This document shows, one piece after another, positions 12,984 to 26,623 of a stretch of DNA of 64,000 nucleotides. A model generated the notes under the pieces. The model ran no database searches and was not told the DNA's origin. It worked only from the letters and a program-made list of their open reading frames with translations. The translations under genes and the position numbers were made by a program. The stretch comes from Lama glama (lineage: Eukaryota), in NCBI GenBank assembly GCA_028534125.1, contig CM052816.1:82524001-82588000 (forward strand), read 5' to 3'. Positions within the stretch are counted from its first letter, which is position 1, and each line of letters opens with the position of its first letter.

Positions 12984-14869
12984 TCTACAAAATGGGAAGT
13001 TCCCAAAGACACATTTCTGAGTATAAACAAGCAAATTGCAGAGACAATTGACACATGATAATATTTATAAACTATATGTTTTCATAGCTACATATCATGT
13101 ATACAAGAACGCTTTTCAAAGAACACCTGACAGTCTTTTTTCTTTCTCCTTCTTGCTGTCTCTTTCTCTCTCTCTCTCTTACACACAAACAGTCCTTCAA
13201 AACATCAATACAGCTATCGTAACTGTCTGGGTCCTTACTAACTGTTTTTATGCAGATTGATTCGGGGGGAAATGACTTGAGTGAGGGAGGAGGTAGGAAT
13301 ACCTGTTAAAGTTACACTTTTCATTTGCTTTGTCACAAACATGCACACATATGAATATGTGTATGCCTTTCAAAAACTGGAGAAAGGCCAAATTCTGTTG
13401 TTCTATTGAGAACAAAAATACATTCTGGAAAGATTTCAGATGTGCACTTGCCAAATATGGCTTTCATCCTATTTTCAAACAAATATTGATGTCTTTTGCT
13501 AGCAGGATTCTTTAAAAGAGTAATGAAGTATAAATGTTTTCCTATCTCTAAAATTAGGTGCCTCTTTGGGAGACATTTAGATTTTCTAAATTTCTTAGGG
13601 CTTTCTAAGCATTTGTGATTATGATGGGGATTTCTGAGTAATGGGACTGCTTCTTTAAATCCCTCCATCCCTGGGGGTATGATTGCTACCATCATTTGCT
13701 CTTTGCCCCCATGTGTGTTCTCTGTTTCCCTTCTTTGGCCCTAGAGCTGGGACACGTTCCGACTGGTCCTGCAGGGGGCCTGGCCAGCCTAGCACTAGTG
13801 ATGCTGGTGCATTCTCTCTCAGGCTATGCCGGTTGCTTTGCTCAGACCACCAGAGGAATCTCAGCAAAGTTTGTGAAAGGCATAGACTCTCTCCAGGAGT
13901 GGTGGGAAATGACCAGGTTCCTGGAATGTCTGGAGGAGGTGAGATTTCTGGGATAAGCAAAGCCCTGATATCATCTAGACTTTTAGAGGTTCAAGAAAAT
14001 GAGTATCTGTGTCTTGACGCTAGGTCCATCAATTTTTTGGTAAGGAATAAAGCATTTTCTTTTCAATTACCTTCAACCTAAAATTTTTTCAGATTTTTAA
14101 AATTATTTTGTCAGAGAATGTGCACATGTGTGTATATAAATTAATGTATCACATCTATATTTATCCATTATCTATCTGTTTATCTATTATCTATCTAATC
14201 AAGTGTACCAAGCACAGCATTTTTTAAAAAGCCAGGTAATACATTCCTTTTAATTTCAAAAATCTAAAGTTTATTTTTAAAGGAGAGTAACTCTTGTTTT
14301 TCATGAGTATACCTTCCAACCAGAAAGTATGCAGCATGTCTGCAGCATTTAGGACATTGATTCATTATTTGAGAGTTATTAACTGAGGTCCTAGGTAACA
14401 AAATAAGAAAATATTTCGCTTAAATATTTTAATAGCTAATAAAATAAGTGTGCACTAATTTTGAAGTTTACAAAGCTCTTTTCTCATTTCTCTTGTATTT
14501 TTATTTTTATACAAAAATTAAAAGATCAGTCAATGGCTTTTTATTTTATTAGAGAAGACATATTATCTTTTGAAAGATAATCAAACTTTTACAATTACAT
14601 GTTGCTTTTTCCCAAGATTCTAATATTTATGATTAATGAAGAAAAGTTTTAAAATTAAATCACTGCCTTTCTTATAATGATAAGCTACTTTGAACAGAAA
14701 CCTTTTTAGGTTTACATAAATCTATGAAGAGGACTAGCTTTAGAACAAGAATGTTTACCTTAATATTTTTCTATCACTAGGTGAAGACTTTATAAGTTAG
14801 TATAACAACATTATCTTCTATTTAAAAGAATTTTTTAATTATAGATTTTTCAGTCACCTTTTTGGAATC

Positions 14870-15660
14870 TATTTTAAAATAATACTTACTTTTTCTACTT
14901 TTTTATGTCTAACATACAAACATAACTTTCTTCTTAGAAAATTTAGTAATTATAGAATGATATAATGCAAAAGAAAATTGGTCAATCGGAATTTTATCAT
15001 TGAGAATTTTAAAAAGTTAACATTTTGGTTTATATATTTCCAGATTTGTGTATAGATACAGCTTTAAAATATAGGTGCTATGCAGTAATGTTTTATAACC
15101 GATTGCTTCCAATAATAATATAAGTACCTCCTAGGTTATTAGATGTGTTTTAAAATGCCTTTAAAATTGCATCTTTATAACCGATTGCTTCCAATAATAA
15201 TATAAGTACCTCCTAGGTTATTAGATGTGTTTTAAAATGCCTTTAAAATTGCATCATGTTTCTTTGTATGCCTGTATCAAAGTGTTTTTTTAACTTCCTA
15301 TTTTTTTCATTTAGATTACCTACTACTTTTGCATATGAGTAGGCTTTCAAACTATCTTTGTTCAACGCAAAAATAAATTTGTACTTTTTTGTATCTGAAT
15401 TAACTGCATGTTTTTTATACATTATCTTTTGTGTTACTTCTCAGGCATATTTTTGTAGGCTGTGGATTTATAAGAACTAATTTTATATTGAGGTTATTAG
15501 CACTATATCCTAATATTACCAATATTTTTCTTAGTTTGTAATTTATCATTTAATTTCTTTTTGATTTGTAAGTTTAAAAATTGTATATTAAAATATGTTA
15601 TTTTTTTTTATGATATGTACATTTTAGTATTTAGAAATGCCTTTCTCGTACTAATCTGAG
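14870..15660 (-). mobile_element. Highly degraded old L1 fragment
   Basis: T-rich antisense L1-like text ('ccaatatttttcttagtttgtaatttatcatttaattt', 'tttagaaatgcctttctc'). Confidence 0.45.
15092..15255 (+). repeat. Perfect 2 x 82-bp tandem duplication
   Basis: 15092-15173 and 15174-15255 are identical (tttataaccgattgcttcc...ctttaaaattgcatc). Confidence 0.97.
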
Positions 15661-18600
15661 ACTTAATTATGCCTCCTTCCACTAATGCTACAGTTGGACT
15701 CATTCTCTTTGGCATTTTGATTGATACGAATTTTGAAGTGTGTTCTGGTAAAGGAGAAAGGAGTGAATTTCATAAGAAAGTAACAAGTTGCATTAAGGCC
15801 TAGATAGAACTGATGGGGCTGGAGGGAATTTAGTCTGATAGCTGGGAACATCAGGAATTTGAAGAGATGTGATTGAAGTCTTGGGTGAATAAGTAAATAT
15901 TGAAGAGTATGAGGAAGTTGTCATTTGAGAAAGAGGAAATCACCTTTGTTAGAGAAAAAGCACTTTGAAATTGGCATGATTACATCACATGATACCTTCT
16001 CAGTGAAACAGAGATGAAAGAATCTTCTGAAGACAAAGATTTGGATTGGAGGAAGAGTGAAAGTTGCACTAGACTTGCAGGTTGAGAAGTTCAGAGTCAA
16101 GCATTCCACAGTGTTGCTGAAATTCCATAACACTGAAAGAAGAAGTATGACAAGAAGCAGGAAAAAAAAATACAAAGAAAGGACCAGATGAAGACTTGAT
16201 GAAAGCTATGAATCCTCTCCTCAGATAAATGCATGTTCTCACTATTTTGCAAACAATTTTAGAGAGGGAGATGATTCTCCTACAATGGGTTAAAGACTTT
16301 TACTTTAGGAGACATATAAGACACCCTAAATCTGCAGGCCAGCCTGAGGGAGTCTTATACACTAATGGAAAAGTGGATCTTCAGAAATGCAATAATTATC
16401 GTTGGAGCATGCAGATTTTAAATATAAAAAGTAAAGTGAATAATAAATCAAGAATAAAAATAAACCAAGAATAAAATAAATAAATGGAAAGGCATAGAGA
16501 CATTCACTTTCTTTGGTTATTTCTTTGATTTTTCTTTCTTCTACTACTCAGGCTGCCCTTTGGATGGGCTTCTTTCTCTTTATATCTAAACTTCTAACAG
16601 ATGTGGGTATGTTCCTTGATTAGCAGTGGCCTTCACCCTTGAAGACTAAGCAGAAACCTATGAACCTATGAGAAGGAGAGAAAATAATTTCCTTAGGGTG
16701 GCTTCTACTAAGCTAAAGATCCAAAAATGGGTTGTTCCGTTTCCTACATGAGCCTGTCCAGGTTTCTACGACAGGAGTGACAGTAGGCATACTGCAGCCG
16801 GTAACGGGAGTGCGCTTGACTCATGTTGACCTCAGATCTAGCAGAGACTGCATGGAGATTGGTAAAGTACAAGACTCGTAATGGGAACTCCATTCGTGAT
16901 AAATCCCTTGTCTTCATGAAGGTTTCAGAGGACATTAACTCATGACACTATTTACTGAAAATGTTTGTCTCTTGTCTTAGGCTGTGTCTATCCAACTGAA
17001 ACAAGCAGACTACATTATTTTCTGCTATACTAATGCCAATACTAATGTCAGTGTGGATTTCTTCATGGTCGATTTGATAATTTCTTTGGAGATGAGCCAT
17101 TCTTATAAAATAATAACAGAAGACAGGGATCAATTGTACCTATTGACAAGGTTTATTGTCTCCTCTGAAATCATTTTAAAAGACAGACATATGAATTTTA
17201 CTCAGAAGAAAACTGACTTTGGTGACAAAAGTCCTTATGTTCTATGAATCTCCCTCCAGAAACAGCTGCATCATTAGAAACATATTTTATGTTTAACAAG
17301 AGTAGGGTATTACATATATAGGAGAAACTCGAGTAAAATGGAAAGATGTGAAATAGTAAAAGTAACAAAAAAAACCCAAACATATGAAATGATAATTTCA
17401 AATAAGTTATAACTGAGATAATTTTCAGTATTTGACACTTTTTTGTCTTGAGCTGAATCATGTGAATACTGAACTTCAGTAGAAATTAAAACAACCTGAT
17501 GAGATTCCACCAAATGTGGAGATGCAGGTAAAATCACATAGCTCAAGCCTTTATGCACAGATAAATCAGCAATAGGGAAAAAAAAAAAGCTGGTACAGAA
17601 AAACTGAAGAAAAGACTGAAGCTTGCCGTGCATCTATAGAAATGATATCTGCCTTGGTGAATACCATACGAAAAGTGATTAACTTTTACCAAAACAATTT
17701 AGTGTTTTAATTATGCTTAATTTATAATTGAGAACATATATTCTTCAAAAAAATCAATTATAATTTTCGCTCCTCCCCCGCAGACTGATTCATCCAGAAT
17801 TCTCAACATCATAATTTAGAGATAATAATTTAATCACTAAGTAATTTATAGAACCTCTTTGAAATTCTTGAGGACTTCAAAGTGCTACTAAAAATAAAAT
17901 TTAAGAACAAGAGAAGATAGGGATTGCCGCAATGACACAGACATGGTAAATAAAGGAAAAGGATGTAGTCCATGAAGGTCTCTACATCTTTTGCATACTT
18001 TTAAGTTTTGATGAAACTAAACACTTCAACTCAGGAGCTTGCTCAGCAGTCACATTGCTATAAGGACTGAAAGATGCTAAAGCAGGCCCGATATAAGAGT
18101 TGAGGGGCTCCTCGGATGGGCAGCTTTGGTCTGAGGATTCACCAGCAGCCTCACCAAACTTCCTTAGAACTGCCACGTTGTCTACCACTCCTGCACCCAA
18201 CTTTTTCTTTCTTCCCTTTCCCCTCCCAAGAGCCAGCCCTGCATTCTGTCAGTTCTCCCAGCCTCCTCCAGCTCTTACTCAATTCCCTTCACAGATGTTT
18301 CCCCAAATACATTTTTGCACATCCAAGTCTCAGCGTCATCTGCCTCTCACAGTGCACAGATGACACAGTTGTATCAGAAGTTATCCAAGAAAAGAAGCAA
18401 CGAGATAGGGGTTTAGGACTGGGTTGCTTATCCCCTGGTGGGTGAAGAGGACGCTGTCCTGTTTGGTAGGTGGGGCAATGATACCCCCTTGTACAAGGCA
18501 ATGTTAATTGCTAAGGATTTCGCTGCTGGTGGTGGGACAATGTCTGGGTGGAGAAGAATGCTGTGATAGGGGATGAGGATTCAGGCATTTGAAAGTTTTG

Positions 18601-18918
18601 TGTTAACGATGTCTGTAAATATAGTGAAGTTGGCTGGTTCTTTCTAAGTTGTATTGACGCCCTGCAGGGGGCTAATAAGAGACCCAGGGCTGTTCACAAG
18701 CTTTGGTACCTTGCAAAGAGACCGTTACCTCCTGTAGTAAAAACACAGATGGAGCTGTGCAGCAGACTGAGTGTCTAACAGAGCTGTCAGGCTTCGGAGA
18801 CACTTGAATGATCATCCAATGCTCTGGTTGCCAGGACCAGGGTGCTTGCTGAGAAAACCTAGGACCCTGAAACATGGGACTGAGGATATCTTGTTATTGG
18901 TTCTGCATTTGCCCATGA

Positions 18919-19230
<312 letters not shown>

Positions 19231-19562
19231 TGATGCCGGCTGGGCCGCCCACTTCCCCTGCATGGCCCTGTGTCCCATGCTGTCAGGAGGCATTGCTCTG
19301 GCTGCCTCAGGCTCAGTCTTGCTGCTGGGTTTGCTGCTGTGTTAGATGGGTGTCAGTGTCCACTGCCTCCCCATATGTGTCCTCCATCCAGAATGACCAC
19401 AGTGGCAATGACAGTGTCTTGAGCATCTCAGGAGGGTTGTCTGCTGGCCAGTGATGTAAGATCACATCCAGCATCACCAGCTTCATCTGACCCAGCCAGA
19501 GCTCTTCTTCTCAACCTCGGCCTCAGTATCCACAGAACTGTGCTAGGATGAGAGTGAATGTG

Positions 19563-19599
19563 AGTGTGTGTGAATGTGTGTGTGTGTGTGTGTGTGTGT
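19563..19599 (+). repeat. (TG)n microsatellite within the retrocopy 3' UTR
   Basis: Read directly from the sequence. Confidence 0.9.
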
Positions 19600-19962
19600 A
19601 TGAAGCAGATAGTGATATATGTGAGTATGTACGTGTCCCAGGACTGTACAGCCCTTCTGTGGGATTGCATGATGCATGATTAACAGTCTGTGTGTACCTG
19701 CACATTCACACCACAGGAAGGTGAATGTGGGTCTCCTTGGAACTAAGTATTTGTGTCCATGAAACTGTCAGAGTCTCCCTGTCTCAATGTGGGGTCTCTA
19801 GGCTCACAAATATCTGAGATCCCTGAAAACTATTGACCACTATACCAAACATCGTTCAAATCCAACCTTGCCTTGTTAAACGCCTGTAAGGGATCTCCAC
19901 CTGAGTAACGCCATGCCCACTCCAGAGACTGCTCCAGGGACCCTTCACTGAGAAGAGTAACT

Positions 19963-20185
19963 GGTGGCAAAGTGGAAAGAACATGGGCTCTGGAATGTGA
20001 CAGGTCTCGATTGAAATCCCTCCTCTAACACTTACTAGCTGGGGGACTTGGGCAAGTGACTTATCCTCTCTGAGCCTCAGTTTCTTGAAGGTCATGGTTA
20101 TGGTCATGGCTGTGATAATCAATTGTAAAGATTAAGTGACATCCTGTATGGAGGGACTGCACATGTGGCAGATCTGCAATAAAAA
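19963..20185 (+). mobile_element. MIR inside the TMEM125 retrocopy 3' UTR
   Basis: 'gtggaaagaacatgggctctggaatgtgacagg...gacttgggcaagtgacttatcctctctgagcctcagtttc' is the MIR 5' region and core. Confidence 0.85.
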
Positions 20186-23100
20186 AGGTGGGTGTGTGTG
20201 CTAGAACAAAATGAAATAAACAAGAAACTCTCCTCCCAAGGGAATAAATGATCCCCTCAGGAGCAGCCCCCTTCTCCATTTCTGGCTGCAGGCTGATAAT
20301 TGATAAGACCCAAGGTAGCCATATTGGGTGAAATAAAGAACGAAAGAGACTATACAGGCTGAATGAGGTCAAATAATTAGCTAATATACTTGAGCCAGGA
20401 GAATCCACCTGTGATGGAATTTTATAGATGCTTCATCAAAGAGGCCAGAATGCAAGACTATATGAGCAAGTATTCTTGATGTGGGATAGTTAGTTGACTT
20501 TCTTGGGACAAGACATGTTCTAGCAAGGATCTGAGTTGATGAAGGAAACTCACTGCTGCAGTGGCTATTGGAGCCCTGAGAAAAGGGCTGGCCAACCTTA
20601 AGGGAGAAAGCTCTGACTTGTGGTGTCCAACGTTAAAGGTAGGAATCATGAAGCTGAGGGAAGCAGGCATACTGGAGTGGACATATTATGTAAGGCCAGA
20701 ATTCTGATCTAGAAGATGACCGTGTTCCACAGGAGGACCCAGAGGTCACATTATTCTCCGGGGCCATCATCAAAATTCTGGTGAGAGGGACACTAGCATC
20801 AGAAATTCAGTGGTAACCTCCGCAGGCCAGGGCTGGTGACAGGAGAAGCAGATACAATCTTTAGAGGCCAAGTCACAGAAGCCAGGATACCACCATTTCT
20901 CTGAAGATCAGTAAGGTCACAGGGGCAGCCAAGTGAGCTTGACCCCCAGGGAGTGGTGAAGATGGTTAATGGAACAATGGGCCATGACACCCCTGGGAGC
21001 AAGAGTGCTAGAGGGCTGTTCAACGACTCTAACCATAGGGAGAAAAGAAAGGGGCAAGAGTGGAGGAGCAGTAGGCTGAGGATGATTATCCCACTAAAAA
21101 GTAACAACCTCTCACTCAACTCCCATACAGGAGCCAATTTTGGATACAGAATCCACAACATCCAAATAGTGGGCACACCTCACATTGAAAGAGGTGAGGA
21201 AAAAGGGCAGATGACCAGGGGACCCACTGGTTATGCCACGTAGTACACCATCTGGAACCAGGCAGCCCCACAGAACTCTGGAACAGCCTCTAAAAATCCA
21301 GCTGAAGTGCTGGTCCAGGGGCAACACTCTGTAATCATGAGTCACCCTCAGGATGTAGCATACACATTGAATCAGAGACCTCTGTGTGTTGCTGTGTCCT
21401 CAAGGGAAAGAGTACACAGCTCTGGGAACCATAGAATGGAAGCAGGATTACCCTCTGACCATCACTCTTAATGACCAGCTGGGGGATTTTGTTCCTCTTT
21501 ACACCATACTTTGGGTTTTGCAGAGTGGGAGGTTCAAGTGAGCAAAGGGTCATACTCTTGTCAAGGGTCACAGGAGAGGTTCCATTGAAGTGCATGTTAC
21601 ACTGCTGCCTGGGTACTTTGGATTGTGCCCGGAGACCACCAGGGTAGAAGAGAAGCCATCACACTGGCAGAGGCAATTGGATTTGATGGCAAGAGGACAT
21701 GGGGCTACTTTTCATACAGAGCGAGTGGGGAGGAATATGTGTGGAACCCAGTGGGCGCCTCCTATTACCCACTTGCCCCACTGTAACTGTGAATGGTTAT
21801 GTAGCGACTCCCATCTCAGGGTGGTTACCAAGGATGCAGGCCACCCAGAAATGAAGGTTCGGGTCATACCAGTCTGAGGGTACACCACCAATAATATGCC
21901 GAGGTGATCACTGAGTATGAAGGGAATTCTGAATGGATAGCAGAGGGGGGATGTGGTGTAAGATCAACTGCATCAAAACTACTTCTTCTGCATTTCCTGT
22001 CAGGAAGAGAGGCTGTGAGAGCCATGCATAAGATGCTCCCCAACTTGTGCAGAGAGTAGATCTTTGTGACCCAGGACGTGGCTGGTGACAGCCATCAAGT
22101 CATGTTTCTCAGGGTTCCAGCTGAGGGCAGCATAGTTGAGCAATGGTTCCGCCTGCTGTGCTCTGAAAGCCATCACCACTGTCCCACCATGGTTGCCCTT
22201 CCCAAGCGCTGTTCCCAGTCAGTGCTGAAAGCAGTGCTGAGAGCAGCAGGGGGAGTCATTCCTGGAGATGAGGCATTCTTCTGGCCAGGCCAGTTTGGCT
22301 TAGTCCTTCCCATTGGCCCTTGAACCTGCCGACATTTCTTAGACCTGCCTTCTTCCAGGCAACCCTTACTCCCTTTCTCCTTTCCAGTAGTCAGATAAAC
22401 ATCTTAATCTGAGGGCTCTCTAAGACCCTTCTGGTTCCCTCCTAATTTTCTTTTCTTTTAATGAATCTCTCGGCCTTCTGATCCTGTCTTGGCATCTGCT
22501 TCTCAGAGAGCCTGCAGTACACATTGGTGTTGACTGAAAACACAGGTCAATTTGGGGACTTGAAGTAAACTGTATCCTAAATCTAGACTGCTTTGAAATA
22601 CTGATAAGGCCATGAGTATCTCTTGCTCCGTATATATACCAATCAGCTTTTCTTCATTCCCGAATGATAACCCTAGTTCCTGATCCACTCAGCAACCTTT
22701 CAGTTCTTTCTTACTTAATATAAGGCAAAAAGGATCACCCAACAAGAAAATGTGAATATTTACAATTTCCCCACAATTGTTACACACACAACTCAAAACA
22801 GATGCCCTTCTGACAACAGAATTCTTCTGACGCAGTATCTGTATTAGAAGGTAGAGATGTGTATGAGGCAAGAATGATGAAAGTCACAACCTCCACTCGC
22901 GTCAACATTCCAATATGTCTGCTTTGTTTAGTCTTTTCATTAGCTTCAAATTCTGATCATTAAGAAAACTCACAAGATAGCTGGCTGTAAGAGAGTATCA
23001 GTGAAAAGATTATCGCATCGATCACCCATAAGTCTTTTAAACAGGAAGCACACATCTTATAATGCTAACTAATTTCTTGAACAAATAGGTGCTTGTGATT

Positions 23101-26100
23101 AGATGGATTTATAAAATCATGTTTACATTACTAATATCATTATCAACATAAACATTTCATAGCACCTATTATGGTAGCTTTCAGGTAGTTGATGCCTCCA
23201 AAAACATTTATTGGTCTGAAATGAAAAACATCTTTGAGAAATGAGTTTAATTAAATACAAGCCATAAAGGTAAAACTGACTCACCAGCTGGGTGTGACAA
23301 AGAAATAAGTAGATCAAAGTGTCATCAATTGGGTCCTTCAGGTCCCATGAGTGGGAGAACCACATCACAGCATACGTGTCATTGCCTATAGTAATTAGAG
23401 CTGACATCCAAATGGCCTAAATGAGTGCCATGCTGCTATGATGTGGTTGATGATTTGGGCAAATGCCAACTCAACGTGTATGTTTCAGGGTGCAACTCAG
23501 TCAGGGGCTCAAAAGCATTCAGTATGATCACTAGTTTCCAGCTAGATAAGAGGCAAGTTTCTGGCCTTGGCAGGTTTTTGACACCCTGGGAAAGAAAAAG
23601 TTCTCCAGTTTCATCCCGTTTATCACCCCTCCCACAAGCGTGCCTCATAGTGAAGTTTATAGGAAGTTAGTTACAGGGTATTTCTGTTAAATATGGGAAT
23701 AGGTAAAGAATAAAAGGGAAATGATGGCATGTGCCAAAATTAAGGGGACGAAAATCCTTTTACGAATGTGTTTCGAAAAATCCAAACAGTTTTGTGACAT
23801 TTTAGACAGGAAAAGTCATTTTTATACCAAAGTAATGTAGGGTTGTGCATACCTTCATATCAGTTGATAAAGGAAAATATTACTTTCATAGGTTCACACA
23901 AGAAGTTCAAGTATTTCATCTCAGCTTCTCCGATTTTTAAGCCATTTTCCTGCAAACTGGCAAATTTCTGCCTACAGCAAACTGATGAAAATTCACGGGT
24001 GTTTTCATTCCTCCAGTTTAGGGAGGAATAGTAAAACTTTTGCCTTAGATCAAACTTTTGAATATTTGAGGGGAGGAAAGTAAAACCCACATCCCTTCTC
24101 AAATGTGAATACCCAAAATGAAATGTGGTCGTTTCTTACATTTTTAGATGCCTGGAAGTTTTCCACAAACTTCTATAACAGTCACTCTGCAGGCTTCTGC
24201 TATAAATGTATCAGGAACTATCTAGGGAAATATTCTATTGAGAGGGAAGGCAGGATTATCTAGCAGATAGAGCGTGGAATTTGGACTTAGACAACCATCT
24301 GAGACCTGCACCTGCCTCTTTCATCGCCTTATGGTGCAGTGCTGTATAAATGATTCAGACTCTCTTTGCTTATGTTTTTCCCTGTGGCAATAGAGGGAAA
24401 TGGGCCAAGCATTAGCCCCTTCTCAACAATCAGAGAATACCATAAAGGTAAGTATGACATTGTCTGTAAAGAGCTATGACCTGTAATCCAGAAAAACAGT
24501 GCAGAGTTGTAAGGGCACAGAGTCTGTGTACACACGACAGAGTCCTGCGTGGAGAGCTGCCGTAGCCTGGCTCCTCACTTCTGTATTTGGTCAGGGGTCC
24601 TTATGACACAGAGTCAACAGCAAGTCTTGGCAGTTGCTAATTCCATCCACACATATCTTTCCTTCAGTATCTGGAACACGTCAACCTCCCTCTCACAAAC
24701 TCGGTAGAGGAAGACACCCTCTAAACAGTCAACCAGCTTGCATGTATTGATTGGCTAATATGCAAAATGCATTCTGCTGAGGATTAGACACCTGGTGAAA
24801 GTCTGTTAGAACAATAATGATTTATAAAGCACAGTAGCTGTTCTCAAAACACTTGTAAGCATGATCTCGTTATAAAGGGGGTTTTAAAAATGACATGAGG
24901 TACCCAAAGGTGACAATTAGAAATAATGAATTAAAGACGTTTAAGGGAGTAATAGGAGGAAAGGTATGGGAATTCAGAGTAACCCCCTTGGATGTGATTT
25001 TAGTCTGTAACTAGGAAAAATGTGCTCACAAACACAGAAGGACACACTCAGAAGTACCAGAAACAAAATGAAACTAGTGTCCTTGAAAGATGCCGTGCTG
25101 AAAAGGTGGTTTGTTACTGTCTATGGTTGCCACCATTTATTTCATGTTCTCACTGAATCTAAGCAATTTTTGTTTCGTGCTACTGATTACTTTCCTTATG
25201 TGCGAAATTCGAGGCATTTTAATGGCTTGTTTGAAGCCCAGTTCAGTGAGTCAGTATAGAAGTGTCCTAGGAAATAAATTCAGAGTGAAAGGGAGGATCT
25301 TGTGTTACAAGGGGAAGAGAACTGGATGAAGATCCTAATGATCTCACTCGGAACAATCAGCGGCCGCTTAGCCTCTCAGGGTATCTGTTGGTTCATTTGT
25401 AAAATATGAAGGTTGGGCTACATTTTATAGGCCAGTTGTAAAATTTTCTGCGAAAAATTGCTGCTTAAAAGTTCTGTATTTCCTTGTACTGCTGGAAAGC
25501 TCACCTTGCTTTTGTATTCTGTGAGGATCCATGATCATTTCTTGTCATTAAGATCAGTATCTCAATTTTATGGGCCACGAATGCTTCAGGTGGAGGACAA
25601 GCAGATGGAATACGGGGCTTTCAAAAACAGGCTCTAACGGTAATTCTTAATTTAATCATTTAGACTGGACATTCCCAAGCTCTATTAAATTTTAATGCTC
25701 AACTCCAAAGAGCTTTGGTCTTGCCTATAAGGACTAACGTAGATGGATAGGCTGGTTCTTGGTAGTAGAGCAAGTTGAGCAAGACATCTGTAAAACGGTG
25801 GATGCAGAGCAGCCTTGCTGGGGGATATACTGGCATATACCCTCATTTCAAAGCATATTGGTAAAATGTTTGTTATAAATGATATTATGACATTATGTAT
25901 CTCCAAAAAGATGAACCATGTCAAAACATCTAGTCAATTCAGAGAAAATAGAAATCCAATTTTAGATGAAGTATAAAGTATGTCATTTGGTTTAGGTGGA
26001 AAATTGAAAATTTCTATTTTATTTTAAATAGCCATGTTTTAATGTGTCATGTAAACAGCCCAGGAAAGAAGTAAAATTTATTCGTGCTGCTTGGTATAAA

Positions 26101-26341
26101 TAATGTGAATGATAGTAGTATATTGAGATAAAAAGTGAGTTTAATGTCCATAAAATTGAAAATTATTTCTCCAGGAAATTTTTAAGAATCAAAAAGATAT
26201 ATGATTTCAAACTGTTAATATTATAAACTGACAATAGTTAATTGTAGCAAGATACAGGTATCTTAACTTATTGTGGAATGTGTTCACTTATTCATGTAAG
26301 AGGCTTTATCGAAAGTTTGATGTTTTACTCACAGTCTTGAT

Positions 26342-26623
26342 CAGCATAGTCCAACAGAAAGATAATTCAAGCCACATGTGCAATTTAAAATGTTGTAATT
26401 TCCACATTAAGAAAAGTAGGAAAGACACAAGTAAATTATTTTTGTTATATTTTACTTAATATATGTACAATATTATCATTTCAACATAAAAAATTATTGA
26501 GATACTGTGATTTTTTACTGAGACTTCAAAATTCTCTGTCTATTTTATTTATAATACAAGGCAGTTTGAACTAACGGTATTTCAGATGTCCGTGGCCACA
26601 TATGGCTGGTGACCATTGGTAGC
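26342..26623. mobile_element. hAT-Charlie non-autonomous DNA transposon (MER33/MER3-like)
   Basis: 'cagcatagtccaacagaaagataattcaagccacatgtgcaatttaaaa...gtggccacatatggctggtgacc' matches the remembered MER33 pattern. Confidence 0.7.

Noticed and set aside
16981..17150. Plus-strand coding exon (acceptor ttgtcttag, open frame AVSIQLKQADY...)
   Set aside because: The donor is weak (GTTTAT), the peptide is unrecognised and the composition is non-coding-like.
21941..21960. agagggggga|TG as polypurine tract and start of the 3' LTR
   Set aside because: The following about 130 bp still resemble ERVL internal 3' sequence. A start near 22083 gives a typical LTR16-size repeat.
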